Shown here one piece after another: positions 23,126 through 34,017 of a DNA stretch of 64,000 nt. The DNA is from an uncultured delta proteobacterium. Its GTDB lineage: Bacteria; Myxococcota_A; UBA9160; SZUA-336. Where the stretch lies: assembly GCA_963704165.1 (NCBI GenBank), contig CAVPHD010000003.1:128001-192000 (forward strand), written 5' to 3'. The translations under genes were made by a program, and so were the position numbers. Each line of letters opens with the position of its first letter. Positions within the stretch are counted from its first letter, which is position 1. Below the pieces are notes generated by a model. That model was not told where the DNA came from and searched no databases. It saw only the letters and a program-made list of their open reading frames with translations.

Positions 23126-23684
23126 CGGCTTCGCTCGATCCGGCCGCGAACTCCGAGCGCAGCACGGCCATCGCCACCATGTCGATCGGCTCGCCGTAGC
23201 GCAGCCGGTGCTCGCGCAGCCGTCCCTCGTGGCGGAATCCGGACTTCTCGTAGCAGCGGATGCCGCGCGCGTTGTCCGCGTCGGCGATCAAGGTCACGCG
23301 CCGAAGCCCGAGGTCCGTGAAGGCGAAGCCGAGCAGACACCGGATCGCGTCGGTTCCGTGACCGAGCGACCAACAGGCACGTTCGCCGATCAGGATCGAG
23401 AGCTCCGCGCGCCGGTGTGGATGAAGGCCGAGCAGGCCGATGTCGCCGATCGGCATGCCCTCGCGCGTCTCGATCAGGAAGCGCAGCTCCGAGGGATCGG
23501 CGAGAACCTCCGCGATCTTCCGCGCGACCGCGCCCCGCGTCCGGTACTCCGGACCGTCCTCGGACCGGTGCAGCCAGTGACGCACTTCTGCGTCGGAGTG
23601 CCAGCGCGCCTCGAGCTCGGCGTGCTCGAGGCGGAGCGGAATCAGACGGACCGCCCGGCCCTCGAGGCTGCGCGGGGCGATCAC
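23115..23684 (-). CDS. GNAT acetyltransferase (RimJ/RimL type)
   Basis: AELSILIGE..WSLGHGTDA, NARGIRCYEKSGFRHEG. Confidence 0.9.
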   Translation of the reverse strand: MIAPRSLEGRAVRLIPLRLEHAELEARWHSDAEVRHWLHRSEDGPEYRTRGAVARKIAEVLADPSELRFLIETREGMPIGDIGLLGLHPHRRAELSILIGERACWSLGHGTDAIRCLLGFAFTDLGLRRVTLIADADNARGIRCYEKSGFRHEGRLREHRLRYGEPIDMVAMAVLRSEFAAGSSEAGGG

Positions 23685-23691
23685 GCGGATC

Positions 23692-24432
23692 TCACTTCCA
23701 GCCGCTCGTCGCGCCCTTCACCATCGCGAACGGACCGACCGGCCAGCGGAAGCAGTCGACCATCAACTGGTTCACCTGCTCGCGCGTGGCCACGCCGTCG
23801 CCCACCACGCGCTCCGCCTCGCGGATCATCGCGAAGTAGACGCGGTTGGCGACGAACCCCCACGCCATGGCGTCGTCCTTCACGACGACCGGGTTCTTGC
23901 CGCAGGCCCGAGCGACCTCGACGACGGTCTCGATCGTGGTTTCGCTCGTGTGCTCGGCCGCCACGATCTCCGCGAACTTCATCACCGGCGGCGGCGACGC
24001 CCAGTGCCAGCCGACGACGCGCTCGGGCCGATCGGTGGCCGCTGCGAGCGCTGCGATCGAGAAGCCCGACGTGTTCGAAGCCAGGATCGCCGTCGGCTTG
24101 GCGAGCCGATCGAGCTCGCGGAAGACCCGGATCTTCAGCTCGAGGCGCTCCGGAACGCACTCGATGATCAGGTCCGCGACCGCCGCCATCGCGAGCGAGT
24201 CACTCCAGGAGAGACGCGCGAGCGCCTCGCCCATCGCGTCGCGCGTCAGCTTGCCGCGCTCGATCGCGGTTTCCATTCCGAATCGGCCCGACACGACGTC
24301 GCGCTTCGCTCGCTCGAGCGCGCTCGGCGCCAGGTCGCAGCAGACCGTCTCGTAGCCCGCGATCGCGAGGGTCTGCGCGATGCCGCTCCCCATCACGCCC
24401 GCTCCGATCACGCCGACGCGCAGCTCCGTCAT
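23692..24432 (-). CDS. 3-hydroxyacyl-CoA dehydrogenase family protein
   Basis: VIGAGVMGSGIA, ECVPERLELK, ASNTS, HW..PPP, GFVANR. Confidence 0.92.
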   Translation of the reverse strand: MTELRVGVIGAGVMGSGIAQTLAIAGYETVCCDLAPSALERAKRDVVSGRFGMETAIERGKLTRDAMGEALARLSWSDSLAMAAVADLIIECVPERLELKIRVFRELDRLAKPTAILASNTSGFSIAALAAATDRPERVVGWHWASPPPVMKFAEIVAAEHTSETTIETVVEVARACGKNPVVVKDDAMAWGFVANRVYFAMIREAERVVGDGVATREQVNQLMVDCFRWPVGPFAMVKGATSGWK

Positions 24433-24482
24433 GTTTCGTCCTCCGCTCCCGCCGGTTCGGATGGAGCATACCGGAGCGGGCC

Positions 24483-25703
24483 ATGTACCGCGCTAAGCTG
24501 CGTCTCGTGAATCCACAGCTCACGTCGGCACAGGCGCGAACGCTCTTCCTCGACGCGCAGGGCCTGCTCGACGACCCCGCGCGACCCGCGACCTCTCGGG
24601 CCCTCGAGCGCCTGGTCGCAAAGCTCGGCTTCGTGCAGATCGACTCGATCTCGCGCGTCGAACGCGCACACCACCTGACTCTCGGCGCGCGACTCGACGC
24701 CTATCGCCCGGAGATGCTCGATCGCCTGACGTTCGAGAAGCGCGCGCTCTTCGAGCACTGGACGCACGATGCTTCACTGATTCCGATCGCCCTCTTCCCG
24801 CACTGGAAGCCACGCTTCACCCACTATGCGGAGCGCGCGCGCCGTTCCCGCTGGTACGTCGCGCGACTCGGCGCGGATGCCACGCGCACGATCGAGCGCG
24901 TGCACCGGCGCGTCGCGCGCGAGGGGCCCCTGCGCGCGCGCGACTTCGAACGCGGCCCGGCCCGGCCCGCGACGGGCTGGTGGGACTGGACGCCCGAGAA
25001 GACCGCCCTCGAGTTCCTCTGGTGGTGCGGCCGACTCGCGATTGCCGACCGCGAGAACTTCCACAAGGTCTACGATCTGACCGAGCGCGTACTGCCCGAG
25101 GCGCAGCGCGCGCCCGAGCCGAGCCACGCGGTGCACGTCGAGTGGGCCTGCCGCTCGGCGCTCGAGCGGCTGGGCGCCGCGACCCCTGCCGAGATCGCCG
25201 CGTTCTGGGCCGCGATCCCGATCGCGCGCGTCGCCGTCTGGTGTCGCGAATCGGCCCTGGCCGGACGCATCGTTCCCGTTTCGATCGAATCCGTCGACGG
25301 AGCGAAGCCCCGCGCCGCGTTCGCGCTGCCCGATTGGGAGCGACGCCTGCGCCGTGCACCCACCGTCCCTGAACGCATCCGGCTGCTCTCACCCTTCGAT
25401 CCCGTGCTCCGCGATCGAAAACGCGTCTCTCGTCTGTTCGGATTCGACTACCGATTCGAGGCGTTCGTGCCGGCGACGAAACGCCGCCACGGCTACTACG
25501 TGCTGCCGATTCTCGAGGGTGAGCGCCTGATCGGCCGCCTCGATCCCCGCCACGACCGCGAGCGCGGGGTGTTGGTGATCGAGAAGCTCTACTGGGAGCC
25601 CGACGTCCGCGCGACCCGCGCGCGACGCCGCGCCCTCGACGACGCGCTCGCGGAACTCGCGACGCGGATCGGCGCGCGCGACGTCGAGCTGCGCGCTCGC
25701 TAG
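24483..25703 (+). CDS. ycaQ: YcaQ/AlkZ-family (HTH_42) interstrand-crosslink DNA glycosylase
   Basis: GFVQIDSI (QxD catalytic motif), FEHWTHDAS, LLSPFDP, KRRHGYYVLPILEGERLIGRLD. Confidence 0.88.
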   Translation: MYRAKLRLVNPQLTSAQARTLFLDAQGLLDDPARPATSRALERLVAKLGFVQIDSISRVERAHHLTLGARLDAYRPEMLDRLTFEKRALFEHWTHDASLIPIALFPHWKPRFTHYAERARRSRWYVARLGADATRTIERVHRRVAREGPLRARDFERGPARPATGWWDWTPEKTALEFLWWCGRLAIADRENFHKVYDLTERVLPEAQRAPEPSHAVHVEWACRSALERLGAATPAEIAAFWAAIPIARVAVWCRESALAGRIVPVSIESVDGAKPRAAFALPDWERRLRRAPTVPERIRLLSPFDPVLRDRKRVSRLFGFDYRFEAFVPATKRRHGYYVLPILEGERLIGRLDPRHDRERGVLVIEKLYWEPDVRATRARRRALDDALAELATRIGARDVELRAR

Positions 25704-26155
25704 CCGGGCGGCACGCGCCGCGTCATCAGGAAGCGCTCGTGATCGATGTAGCCGGCACGCCGGTACAGGTTCCTCGCGCGTTCGTTCACGTGATCGACTT
25801 CGAGGTGAAGCGCCTGCACACCGAGCGCGGGACACGCGGCGAGAACGGTCGCGAGCAGGTGCGCACCGTGACCGTGATTGCGGTAGGCGGGATCGACGTA
25901 CAGCTCGTCGATGAATGCGTCGCGGCCGAAGTACTCGAGGCTGTAGCCGAAGCAGAGCGCGAGATAGCCGATCGCCCGGCCCGCATCCTCGGAGATCCAG
26001 ACCCGGCCGAGACTCTCGTCCCCGAGCAGCCGCGCGAGCGCGTCGGGCGTGCGCGTCTCGTGGAATTCCATCCGCTCGTGCTTCCAGAGCTCGCGCACGA
26101 GCGGAATCAGCGCGGAGAGATCCGCGCGGGCGGCGATGCGCGCGCTGAACGACAT
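25700..26155 (-). CDS. GNAT N-acetyltransferase
   Basis: FIDELYVDPAYRNHGHG, LEVDHVNERARNLYRRAGY. Confidence 0.88.
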   Translation of the reverse strand: MSFSARIAARADLSALIPLVRELWKHERMEFHETRTPDALARLLGDESLGRVWISEDAGRAIGYLALCFGYSLEYFGRDAFIDELYVDPAYRNHGHGAHLLATVLAACPALGVQALHLEVDHVNERARNLYRRAGYIDHERFLMTRRVPPG

Positions 26156-26200
26156 GGCCGATCGTGGCATGATGGTGCCGCACCGACAAGGAGGGCCCCG

Positions 26201-27025
26201 ATGAATCGCTTGCAGGGAAAGGTCGCGCTGATCACCGGCGCGGCGCGCGGTATCGGACTCGCGATCGCCAAGCGCTTCGTCGAGGAGGGCGCGAGCGTCG
26301 TCATCAACGACCTCGATCCGGTCTCGGCCGAGAAGGCCGCCGCTCCGCTCGGCGGGATCGCGATCGCCACCGACGTCTCGAACTCGGCGGCGGTCGCGCG
26401 CATGTTCGAGCAAGTGGCGAAGCGCTGCGGCCGGCTCGACGTGCTCGTCAACAACGCGGGCATCAACGGCGTCGACGGCAACCCCGCGCTCGCCTCGCTC
26501 TTCCGCGATCGACAGCTCGCGCAGGCGCGCGAAATGGCGGCCGGCGGGCCGATCGTCACGCACCTCGACGCGACGGTCGGCACGTCCGACGAGGACTGGC
26601 GCCGCATGCTCGCCGTTCACCTCGACGGCACGTTCTACTGCTCGCGCGAGGCGCTTAGGATCATGAATCCCCAGCTCTCCGGCGCGATCATCAACATGGG
26701 TTCGATCATGGGCACGGCGGGGGGCGCGGGCGCCGCATCGTACTGCGCGGCGAAGGCGGGGATCTTCGGCTTCACGCGCTCGCTCGCGCGCGAGGTCGTG
26801 ACGCGGAACATCCGCGTGAACGCGATCGCGCCGGGTTGGATCGACACCGACCTGACCTCGTTCCTGGGCGACATGAAGCATCTGATCGCGATGCAGACGC
26901 CGATGCACCGGCTGGGCGAATCGGACGACATCGCCTGGGCCGCCGTCTATCTGGCGAGCGAAGAGGCCAAGTTCGTGACCGGCCAGGTGCTCTCGCCGAA
27001 CGGCGGCTGGCACATGAGCCAGTGA
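26201..27025 (+). CDS. Classical SDR oxidoreductase (FabG-like)
   Basis: RBS AAGGAGG; TGAARGIG, NNAG, YCAAK, NAIAPG. Confidence 0.92.
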   Translation: MNRLQGKVALITGAARGIGLAIAKRFVEEGASVVINDLDPVSAEKAAAPLGGIAIATDVSNSAAVARMFEQVAKRCGRLDVLVNNAGINGVDGNPALASLFRDRQLAQAREMAAGGPIVTHLDATVGTSDEDWRRMLAVHLDGTFYCSREALRIMNPQLSGAIINMGSIMGTAGGAGAASYCAAKAGIFGFTRSLAREVVTRNIRVNAIAPGWIDTDLTSFLGDMKHLIAMQTPMHRLGESDDIAWAAVYLASEEAKFVTGQVLSPNGGWHMSQ

Positions 27026-27076
27026 ATCGTTCGAGCAGCCGCGCCGATCAGCACCACGCCCGGCGAGCTCGCCCGA

Positions 27077-28942
27077 TTACTCCGGAGGGGTCTGCGCGCG
27101 GAGCTGCGCGAGCGCACCTCGCGCGGCTTCGAGCGACGGGTCGAGCACGATCGCGCGGCGCAGCTCGTGCAAGGCCTCGTCCACCCGGCCCAGCCGCGCG
27201 AGCGCGACGCCACGCCGAAACCGCGCGAGCGCGTAATCGGGGCGCGACTCGATCGCGCGGTCGAAGTACGCGAGCGCGCGAGGATCGTCGCCCGCATCGG
27301 CGAGTAGCACGCCGAGATTGAAGCACGCCCCCGCGTGCCCCGGCCGTGAAGCCAGCAGCGATTCCAGCTCCTCGATGGCCGCCTCACGGTCCCCCTGCTG
27401 CGCGTGTGCGAGCGCAAGGTTGATGCGCGCGCGGGTCGGATCCCCGCGCCTCTCGAGCGCGGCCTCGAATTCCGCTTCGGCCGCCTCGGGCTCGCCGCGC
27501 GCGAGATACAGCACGCCGAGGTTGTTGCGCGCGGCGCCGCTCGCCGGATCGAGCTCGATCGCGCGCTCGAACTCCGCCTTCGCGAGATCCGCCCGGCCGA
27601 GCGCCTCGTGCGCGAGGCCGAGCCCGTTGTGGACGTCGGCGAGCTCGGGCGCGCGGGCGTGCGCGGCCTCGAAGTGAGCGAGCGAACCCGACCAGTCCCC
27701 ATCGCGCGCGGCGAGCTTGCCGAGCGAGATGTGCGGCTGCGCGCGCTCCGGATCGCTCGCGATCCAACGCGCGAGGAAGGTCGCGTCGTCGCTGAAGAAC
27801 TGCGCTCGCCCGATGCTCGTCGCCGTCGCGATCGCGATCGACGCGACGAGCGCACAGGCAGCGAGCGCACGCGGGGTCCGTTCGCGCCAGAACGGTTCGA
27901 GCGCCGTCAGCGCGAGCGCAATCCCTCCGAGCGACGAGAAGAACACGTAGCGCTCGTCGAAGCGCGCGTCCTGGTTCAGCAGATTGGCGGTCGGAAGGAG
28001 GCCGAACGCGAACCAGGCGAGCCAGAAGAGCGCGCGCCGTCGAGCGCTCGCGTCGCACAGAGTGATTCCCCAGGCGATCGCAGCGCCCGCGGCGACGGCG
28101 AGCGCGAGGCGCACGGGCGAGAACCAGATCGAGAAGATCGGCTCGTAGACCAGGTCGCGCGTCGGTGCGAAGAGGACCTGAATCGCGTAGGCGAGCGAGA
28201 GCAGCGGTCCGGACGGCTGCCCGAGGACGGCAAGCGCCGGCGTCTCCTCGCCCGCGAAGATCATCTGGCGCACGGCGGCGTAGCCGAGCAGAACCAGCGC
28301 GAGCGGAGCGTACCGGCGCAGCTCGCTCGACACGGAGCGAGGCGGGGTGGCGGTGAGACGGAGCAGATCCGCCGTCACGAAGAGGACCGGAAGGATCACG
28401 GCGTGCTCCTTCGAGAGCAGCGCGGCCGCCGTTGCGACGACGCAGAGTCCGAGCGCGCGGCCGCCCGGATGCAGCCACGCGATCACGGCCAGGATCTCGA
28501 AGAGCGTCGGCCAGAGCGTCTCGCGGCCCGAGGCGATCGGATACACGCACGACGAAGCGAGCGGATGGAGCGCGAAGAGCGCCGCGCCCGCGAGCGCGAG
28601 CGGCCAGGGCAACGCGAGCGCGCCGGTCCGGAGCAGCGCGAAGGCCGCGAGCGCGATCGACGCGAGGAGCGCCACGTTCAGCGCGTGATACGGCGCGGGA
28701 TCGTTTCCGTGCAGCGCCTTCTGCACCCGCATGCTGGCGCGCGCGATCGGCCGGTAGTACGGGAGCGTCGGCCAGTGCCGCTCCGCGAAGACGCGCGCGA
28801 TCTCCCTGGCGTCGCTCGGAGCCTCGCGATCGACGATCAGCTCGTGATCGTCGTAGATGAAGCCGAGGCGCGACGCCGGCGCGTACGAAGCCGCCACCAG
28901 CGCAACGAGCGCCGCGACGCCGAGCACGCCCTGCCATCGCAT
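27077..28942 (-). CDS. TMTC-like polytopic membrane glycosyltransferase with C-terminal TPR repeats
   Basis: FIYDD luminal DD motif, YYRP, LFALHP, LLSKE, ERYVF, followed by about 6 TPRs (VHNGLGLA, ARNNLGVL, ACFNLGVL). Confidence 0.8.
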   Translation of the reverse strand: MRWQGVLGVAALVALVAASYAPASRLGFIYDDHELIVDREAPSDAREIARVFAERHWPTLPYYRPIARASMRVQKALHGNDPAPYHALNVALLASIALAAFALLRTGALALPWPLALAGAALFALHPLASSCVYPIASGRETLWPTLFEILAVIAWLHPGGRALGLCVVATAAALLSKEHAVILPVLFVTADLLRLTATPPRSVSSELRRYAPLALVLLGYAAVRQMIFAGEETPALAVLGQPSGPLLSLAYAIQVLFAPTRDLVYEPIFSIWFSPVRLALAVAAGAAIAWGITLCDASARRRALFWLAWFAFGLLPTANLLNQDARFDERYVFFSSLGGIALALTALEPFWRERTPRALAACALVASIAIATATSIGRAQFFSDDATFLARWIASDPERAQPHISLGKLAARDGDWSGSLAHFEAAHARAPELADVHNGLGLAHEALGRADLAKAEFERAIELDPASGAARNNLGVLYLARGEPEAAEAEFEAALERRGDPTRARINLALAHAQQGDREAAIEELESLLASRPGHAGACFNLGVLLADAGDDPRALAYFDRAIESRPDYALARFRRGVALARLGRVDEALHELRRAIVLDPSLEAARGALAQLRAQTPPE

Positions 28943-29054
28943 CGCAGGCAGGGTATCCGCGCGGGACCGCTTCGCGCTATCCTGCCGGCACCCCTGGCGA
29001 ACGGTCCCGTGAGCGGGGTGAGGTGCGCGTGGAATTCGGGACCGTTCCGCTCCA

Positions 29055-32000
29055 ATGACGATCGCGGTCGTCGCAGAGAAGCCCTCGGTGGCGCGCGACA
29101 TCGCGCGCGTCCTCGGTGCGAGCTCGCGTGGCGACGGCTGTCTGCGCGGGAACGGCTACGTCGTCACCTGGGCGATCGGCCACCTGGCGTCGCTCGCGCA
29201 GCCTCACGAGATCCGCCCGGAATGGCGCGCGTGGCGGCAGACGCTCCTGCCGATGATCCCCGAGCGCTGGCCGCTCGTCGTCTACGAGAAGACGCGCAGC
29301 CAGTTCGAGATCGTCTCGCGGATCCTGAACGACCGCGACGTCGAACGCGTGATCTGCGCGACCGACGCGGGGCGCGAGGGCGAGCTGATCTTCCGCTACA
29401 TCTGGGAAGCCGCGGGACTCGAGGGTGCGGGCGCGCGAAAGCCGGTCGAACGGCTCTGGATCTCGTCGCTCACGCCCGACGCGATCCGCGCCGGGCTCGC
29501 GAATCTGCGCAGCCAGACGGAGGTCGATGGCCTGGCCGATGCGGCCCGCGGACGCAGCCGGGCGGATTGGCTGGTCGGCATGAATCTTTCGCGCGCCTAC
29601 ACGCTCTCGCGTCGCTCGTCCTCGCGCAACGACTTGCTCTCGGTGGGACGCGTGCAGACACCGACGCTGGCGATCCTGGTCGAGCGCGAGCTCGCGATTC
29701 GGTCCTTCGTTCCCGAGGACTACTTCGAGGTGCAGGCCGACTTCCGCGCGAAGGGTGCGCCGGAGGATGCACCGAGCCTACCGCGGAACCTGGTTCCGGC
29801 CGACCGCGAAGGGCGCGGACGGCGAAGCGCAGGAACTCGCGCGTCGGCTTCCGGCCGACGGTGAAGACGGCGGAGAAGATCGTCGCTCGCGCACGCACCG
29901 GGCAGGCGTCGATCGAATCGGTCGAGGCGCAAACGCGCCGACTCGCGCCGCCGCAGCTCTACGACCTGACGGAGCTTCAGCGCGCGGCGAACCGCATCTT
30001 CGGCTGGAGCGCGACGCGCACGCTCGAGGTCGCCCAGAGCCTGTACGAGTCGAAGAAGGTGCTCTCCTATCCGCGCACGGACAGCCGCCACCTCTCGACG
30101 TCGGTCGCGGCCACGCTGCCGAAGATCGTGCGCGCGATCTCGGGGCCGTATCTCGAGAAGCTCGCGGCCGGAACCGGCGAGCGCCCGCTCGGCGCGCGGT
30201 TCGTCGACGACGCGAAGGTCAGCGACCACCACGCGATCATCCCGACCGGGCATGCCCCCGCGAAGGCCGGGCTCTCCGCGGACGAGGCGCGTCTCTTCGA
30301 CCTGGTCGCACGACGTCTGCTCGCGGCCTGGCACGCGGATCACGTCTACGCGACGACGACCGTCGTCACCGCGATCGCGAACGTGACGCCCGAGCCGATC
30401 ACCGACCGCTATCGCAGCCAGGGCAGCTCGGTCGTCGCGATCGGCTGGCGCGCGCTCGAAGGCGCGGCGACCGGCGACGGCGAGGCGCTGCTGCCGTCGG
30501 GCCTCGCGCGTGGACAGGCCCAGGACGTCGTCGACGCCCGGGCCGAGCGCAAGCGCACGCGCCCGCCGCGGCGCCTGACGGAAGCGACGCTGCTCACGGC
30601 CATGGAGACGGCAGGACGGACGCTCGAGGACCGCGAGCTCTCCGAGGCCATGCGCGAGACGGGGCTCGGAACGCCGGCGACGCGCGCCTCGATCATCGAG
30701 ACGCTGCTCGAGCGCAAGTACATCACGCGGGACGGGAAGGCGCTCGCGGCGACGGACAAGGGCGTGGAGCTGATCGAGATCGTCCATCCCGACGTGAAGA
30801 GCCCGCTGATGACCGGCCAGTGGGAGGCGCGGCTCGCGCAGATCCAGCGCGGCTCCGGAGAGCTCGAGAGCTTCATGCGCGACATCGAGACGTACGTCTG
30901 CGACGTCGTGAAGCGCGTCCGAACGGAGCCGCCGAGCGCGCACGCCGCTCCACCACGCGACGACGCTCCGCCGCTGCCCTTCGCCTTCGAGCGCGAACGC
31001 GCCGAGCCGCAAGCGCCGACCCCGCCCGGCGAGCTTCTCGGTCTCTTGCGGCGCCGATTCCGATTCGAGAGCTTCCGCCCGTTCCAGGAAGAGGTCTGCC
31101 GCTCGCTGACGAGCGGCTCGGATGCGCTTCTCGTGATGCCGACCGGAGCGGGCAAGTCGCTCTGCTATCAGCTTCCCGGTCTCGCGCGCGCCGGTACGAC
31201 GCTCGTCGTTTCGCCGCTGATCGCGCTGATGGACGACCAGGTCGCGAAGCTCCAGGCGCAAGGCCTTCGCGCGGAGCGCATCCACTCCGGGCCGCGCGCG
31301 CGCGGAATCCCAGGCCGTGCTCCGCGCGTATCTGGACGGGAGGCTCGACTACCTGTTCATCGCCCCCGAGCGGCTCGCCGTGCCGGGCTTTCCCGAGAAG
31401 CTCGCGCAGCGAACGCCGGCGCTGGTCGCGGTCGACGAGGCGCACTGCATCTCGCAGTGGGGGCACGACTTCCGGCCCGAGTACCGCATGCTGCGCGAAC
31501 GCCTGCCGGCGCTCCGCCCCGCGCCGATCATCGCGCTGACCGCGACGGCGACTCCGATGGTCCAGCGCGACATCGTCGCGCAGCTCGGCATCGACAAGGC
31601 GAAGCGCTTCATCCACGGCTTCCGGCGCACGAACATCGCGATCGAGCTGGTCGAGGCCAAGCCGTCGGCGCGCGACACCGCGACCGAGCGCCTGCTTGCG
31701 CGCGCCCGGGCGCCGTCCCGCCATCGTCTACGCCCCGACGCGCAAGAAGGCCGAAGCGCTCGCGTCCCGGCTCGACCGATCGTTCCGGGCGGCCGCGTAT
31801 CACGCCGGCATGCCGCCGCGCGATCGCGACGAGGTGCAGCGGGCCTTCATGGACGGCGCGCTGGAGGTGATCGTCGCGACGATCGCGTTCGGCATGGGCA
31901 TCGACAAAGCCGACGTCCGCACCGTCGTGCACACGGCCCTGCCGAGCAGCGTCGAGGGCTACTACCAGGAGATCGGACGCGCGGGACGCGACGGCGCCCT

Positions 32001-33052
32001 CTCGCGCGCGGTGCTCTTCCACGGCTACGTCGATCTCCGCACGCACGAGTACTTCCTCGCGCGCGACTATCCCGACATCGAGGTGCTCGAGCGGGTCTAC
32101 CGGACGCTCGGCGCGAAGCCCGAGCCGCGCGCCGAGCTTCAGCGCGACCTGCGCATGGATCCCGACGAGCTCGAGCGCGTGCTCGAGAAGCTCTGGATCC
32201 ACGGCGGCGCGATCGTCGATCCCGACGAGAACTCGGCCCGCGGACACGACCGTTGGCGCGAGCCGTACCAGGCGCAGCTCCGGCACAAGAAGACGCAGCT
32301 CGACCAGATCCGCCGCTACGCCGAGAGCAACGCCTGCCGCATGCTGCAGCTCGTCCGGCACTTCGGCGACGAGGCGGACTCGGGCGCGGAGTGCGGAATC
32401 TGCGACATCTGCGACGCCGGCAGCGCCGAGGCGCTCGGATTCGTCGCGCTCGACGCTGCGCAGGAATCCGCGCTGGAGCGGATCGTCGGCGCGCTTCGCG
32501 CCCGCAACGGCCAACCCTCCGGAAAGCTACACCGCGAGGTGTTCGGTGACGCGCTCGAACGGCGCGAGTTCGGGCGGCTCGTCTCGGGGCTCGTGCGCGC
32601 CGGCCTCGCGGTCGAGGAGAGCGAATCGTTCGAGCGCGATCTCGAGACGATCGCGTTCTCGCGGCTTCGCCTGACGCGGTCCGGGCTCGAAGCCGACGCC
32701 GCGGCGCTCGCCTCCGTGCGGATCGAGCGCGAGAGCGAGCCGGAGCGTGCACCGCGCAAGCCGCGCGCGCGGGCAGGACCGCACACGCACACGCGCACGC
32801 ACGAAGGTCCCGGCTGCGGACGCCGATCCGAGCATCGACGGCGCGCTGCTCGGCGCGCTGATGCGCTGGCGCGGCGCCGAAGCGAAGCGTCGGCGCATTC
32901 CCGCGTTCCGCGTCATGACCAACGCCGCGCTCCAGGGCATCGCCTCGTCCCGGCCGAGCGACGAACGCGAGCTGCTCGCGGTGAAGGGCATCGGCCCCGC
33001 GCTCGCAGCCAAGTACGGTCCCGCCCTGCTCGACCTCGTGCGAGGCCGGTAG
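29055..33052 (+). CDS. topB-recQ: DNA topoisomerase III - RecQ helicase - HRDC fusion protein (~1330 aa; about 5 frameshifts)
   Basis: TOPRIM VVAEKPSVA, ATDAGREGELIF, SVGRVQTPTL, active site SYPRTDS, DHHAIIPT, GLGTPATRA; then in the same frame FRPFQEE and MPTGAGKSLCYQLP; later DEAHCISQWGHDFRPEY, ATIAFGMGIDK, QEIGRAGRDG, CR...CGICDIC, and HRDC LMRWR..EAKRRRIPAFRV...GIGP. Confidence 0.9.
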
Positions 33053-33069
33053 TCCGGCCGGAAGGCCCG

Positions 33070-33972
33070 TCAGCGTGAGCCGCGCGCGACCGCCGCCTTG
33101 TGCGTGTGGCTCGAGATCGCATCGACGAGCTGCGGAAAGATCGGCCGCGGCATGTCGTGGCCCATGCCGGGAATCAGCAGCAGCTCCGCGCCCGGGATTG
33201 CGGCCGCGGTGTCGTGCCCTCCCTCGACGGGAACGAGCGGGTCGTCGCTGCCGTGGATGACGAGCGTCGGCGCGCGGACGCTGGCGAGTTTGGGAGCGCG
33301 ATTGCCGTGGGCGAGGATCGCGGCGAGCTGACGCGCCTGCCCTTCGGGGTGATTCGAGCGATCGTAGAGCGTCGCGCTGCGCGTGCGGATCAGCGCCTCG
33401 TCGAACGGGAAGCCGGGGCTGCCGATCTGCCGCCAGGTATTCACCGCCGCGTCGATGCTCGCCTCGCGGCCGACCGGCGGCGGCGTCATGAGCAACGCGA
33501 GGATCTCGGGTCGTGCGGGCGGGAGCGCGGGATTTCCGGTCGTGGACATGATCGAGACCAGGCTGCGCACCCGCGCGGGATGCCGGATCGCGACGGTCTG
33601 CACGATCATCCCGCCCATCGAGGCGCCGACGAAGTGGGCGTCGTCGAGGCCGAGCGCGTCGCAGAGTCCGATCGCGTCGTCGGCCATGTCGTCGAGCGTG
33701 TAGGGGACCGAGACGGCTTCTCCGCTCGCGGCCGCGGTCATCAGCGCGATCGGGTTGGGGACCCCGTGCGAGTCGAAATGCGACGAGAGGCCGATGTCGC
33801 GGTTGTCGAAGCGCACCACGAAGTGACCGCGGGCGGCGAGCGCTTCGCAGAACAGCTCGTCCCAGAGCAGCATCTGCCCGCCGAGCCCCATCACCAGGAG
33901 CAGCGGCTCGGCGCCGCGATCCCCGAAACTGTCGTACTCGATCCGGATCCCGTTCGCGTCGATGTTTGGCAT
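33070..33972 (-). CDS. Alpha/beta hydrolase
   Basis: FDNRDIGLS, nucleophile [20 protein letters not shown]. Confidence 0.92.
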   Translation of the reverse strand: MPNIDANGIRIEYDSFGDRGAEPLLLVMGLGGQMLLWDELFCEALAARGHFVVRFDNRDIGLSSHFDSHGVPNPIALMTAAASGEAVSVPYTLDDMADDAIGLCDALGLDDAHFVGASMGGMIVQTVAIRHPARVRSLVSIMSTTGNPALPPARPEILALLMTPPPVGREASIDAAVNTWRQIGSPGFPFDEALIRTRSATLYDRSNHPEGQARQLAAILAHGNRAPKLASVRAPTLVIHGSDDPLVPVEGGHDTAAAIPGAELLLIPGMGHDMPRPIFPQLVDAISSHTHKAAVARGSR

Positions 33973-34017
33973 GCGCGAAGTGTCCGCTCGCGCGCACCTC
34001 GGGGTCAAGCGGCAGTG

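Noticed and set aside
27404..29860. N-terminal ~820 aa of the 1488-aa ORF 27404-31870, and similar long N-terminal extensions of ORFs 33100-36000, 37227-39986 and 11723-14572
   Set aside because: These parts are antisense or off-frame read-through over other real genes; only the motif-bearing portions are coding.
32779..32803. GCAC/GCACAC-like simple repeat near a frameshift, as a possible phase-variation switch for the HRDC domain
   Set aside because: The repeat is imperfect and short, and indels occur throughout the window, so sequencing error is the simpler explanation.
29055..33052. Reverse gyrase
   Set aside because: Domain order is topoisomerase then helicase, the helicase is RecQ-type with an HRDC domain, and the topoisomerase is Topo III-like.
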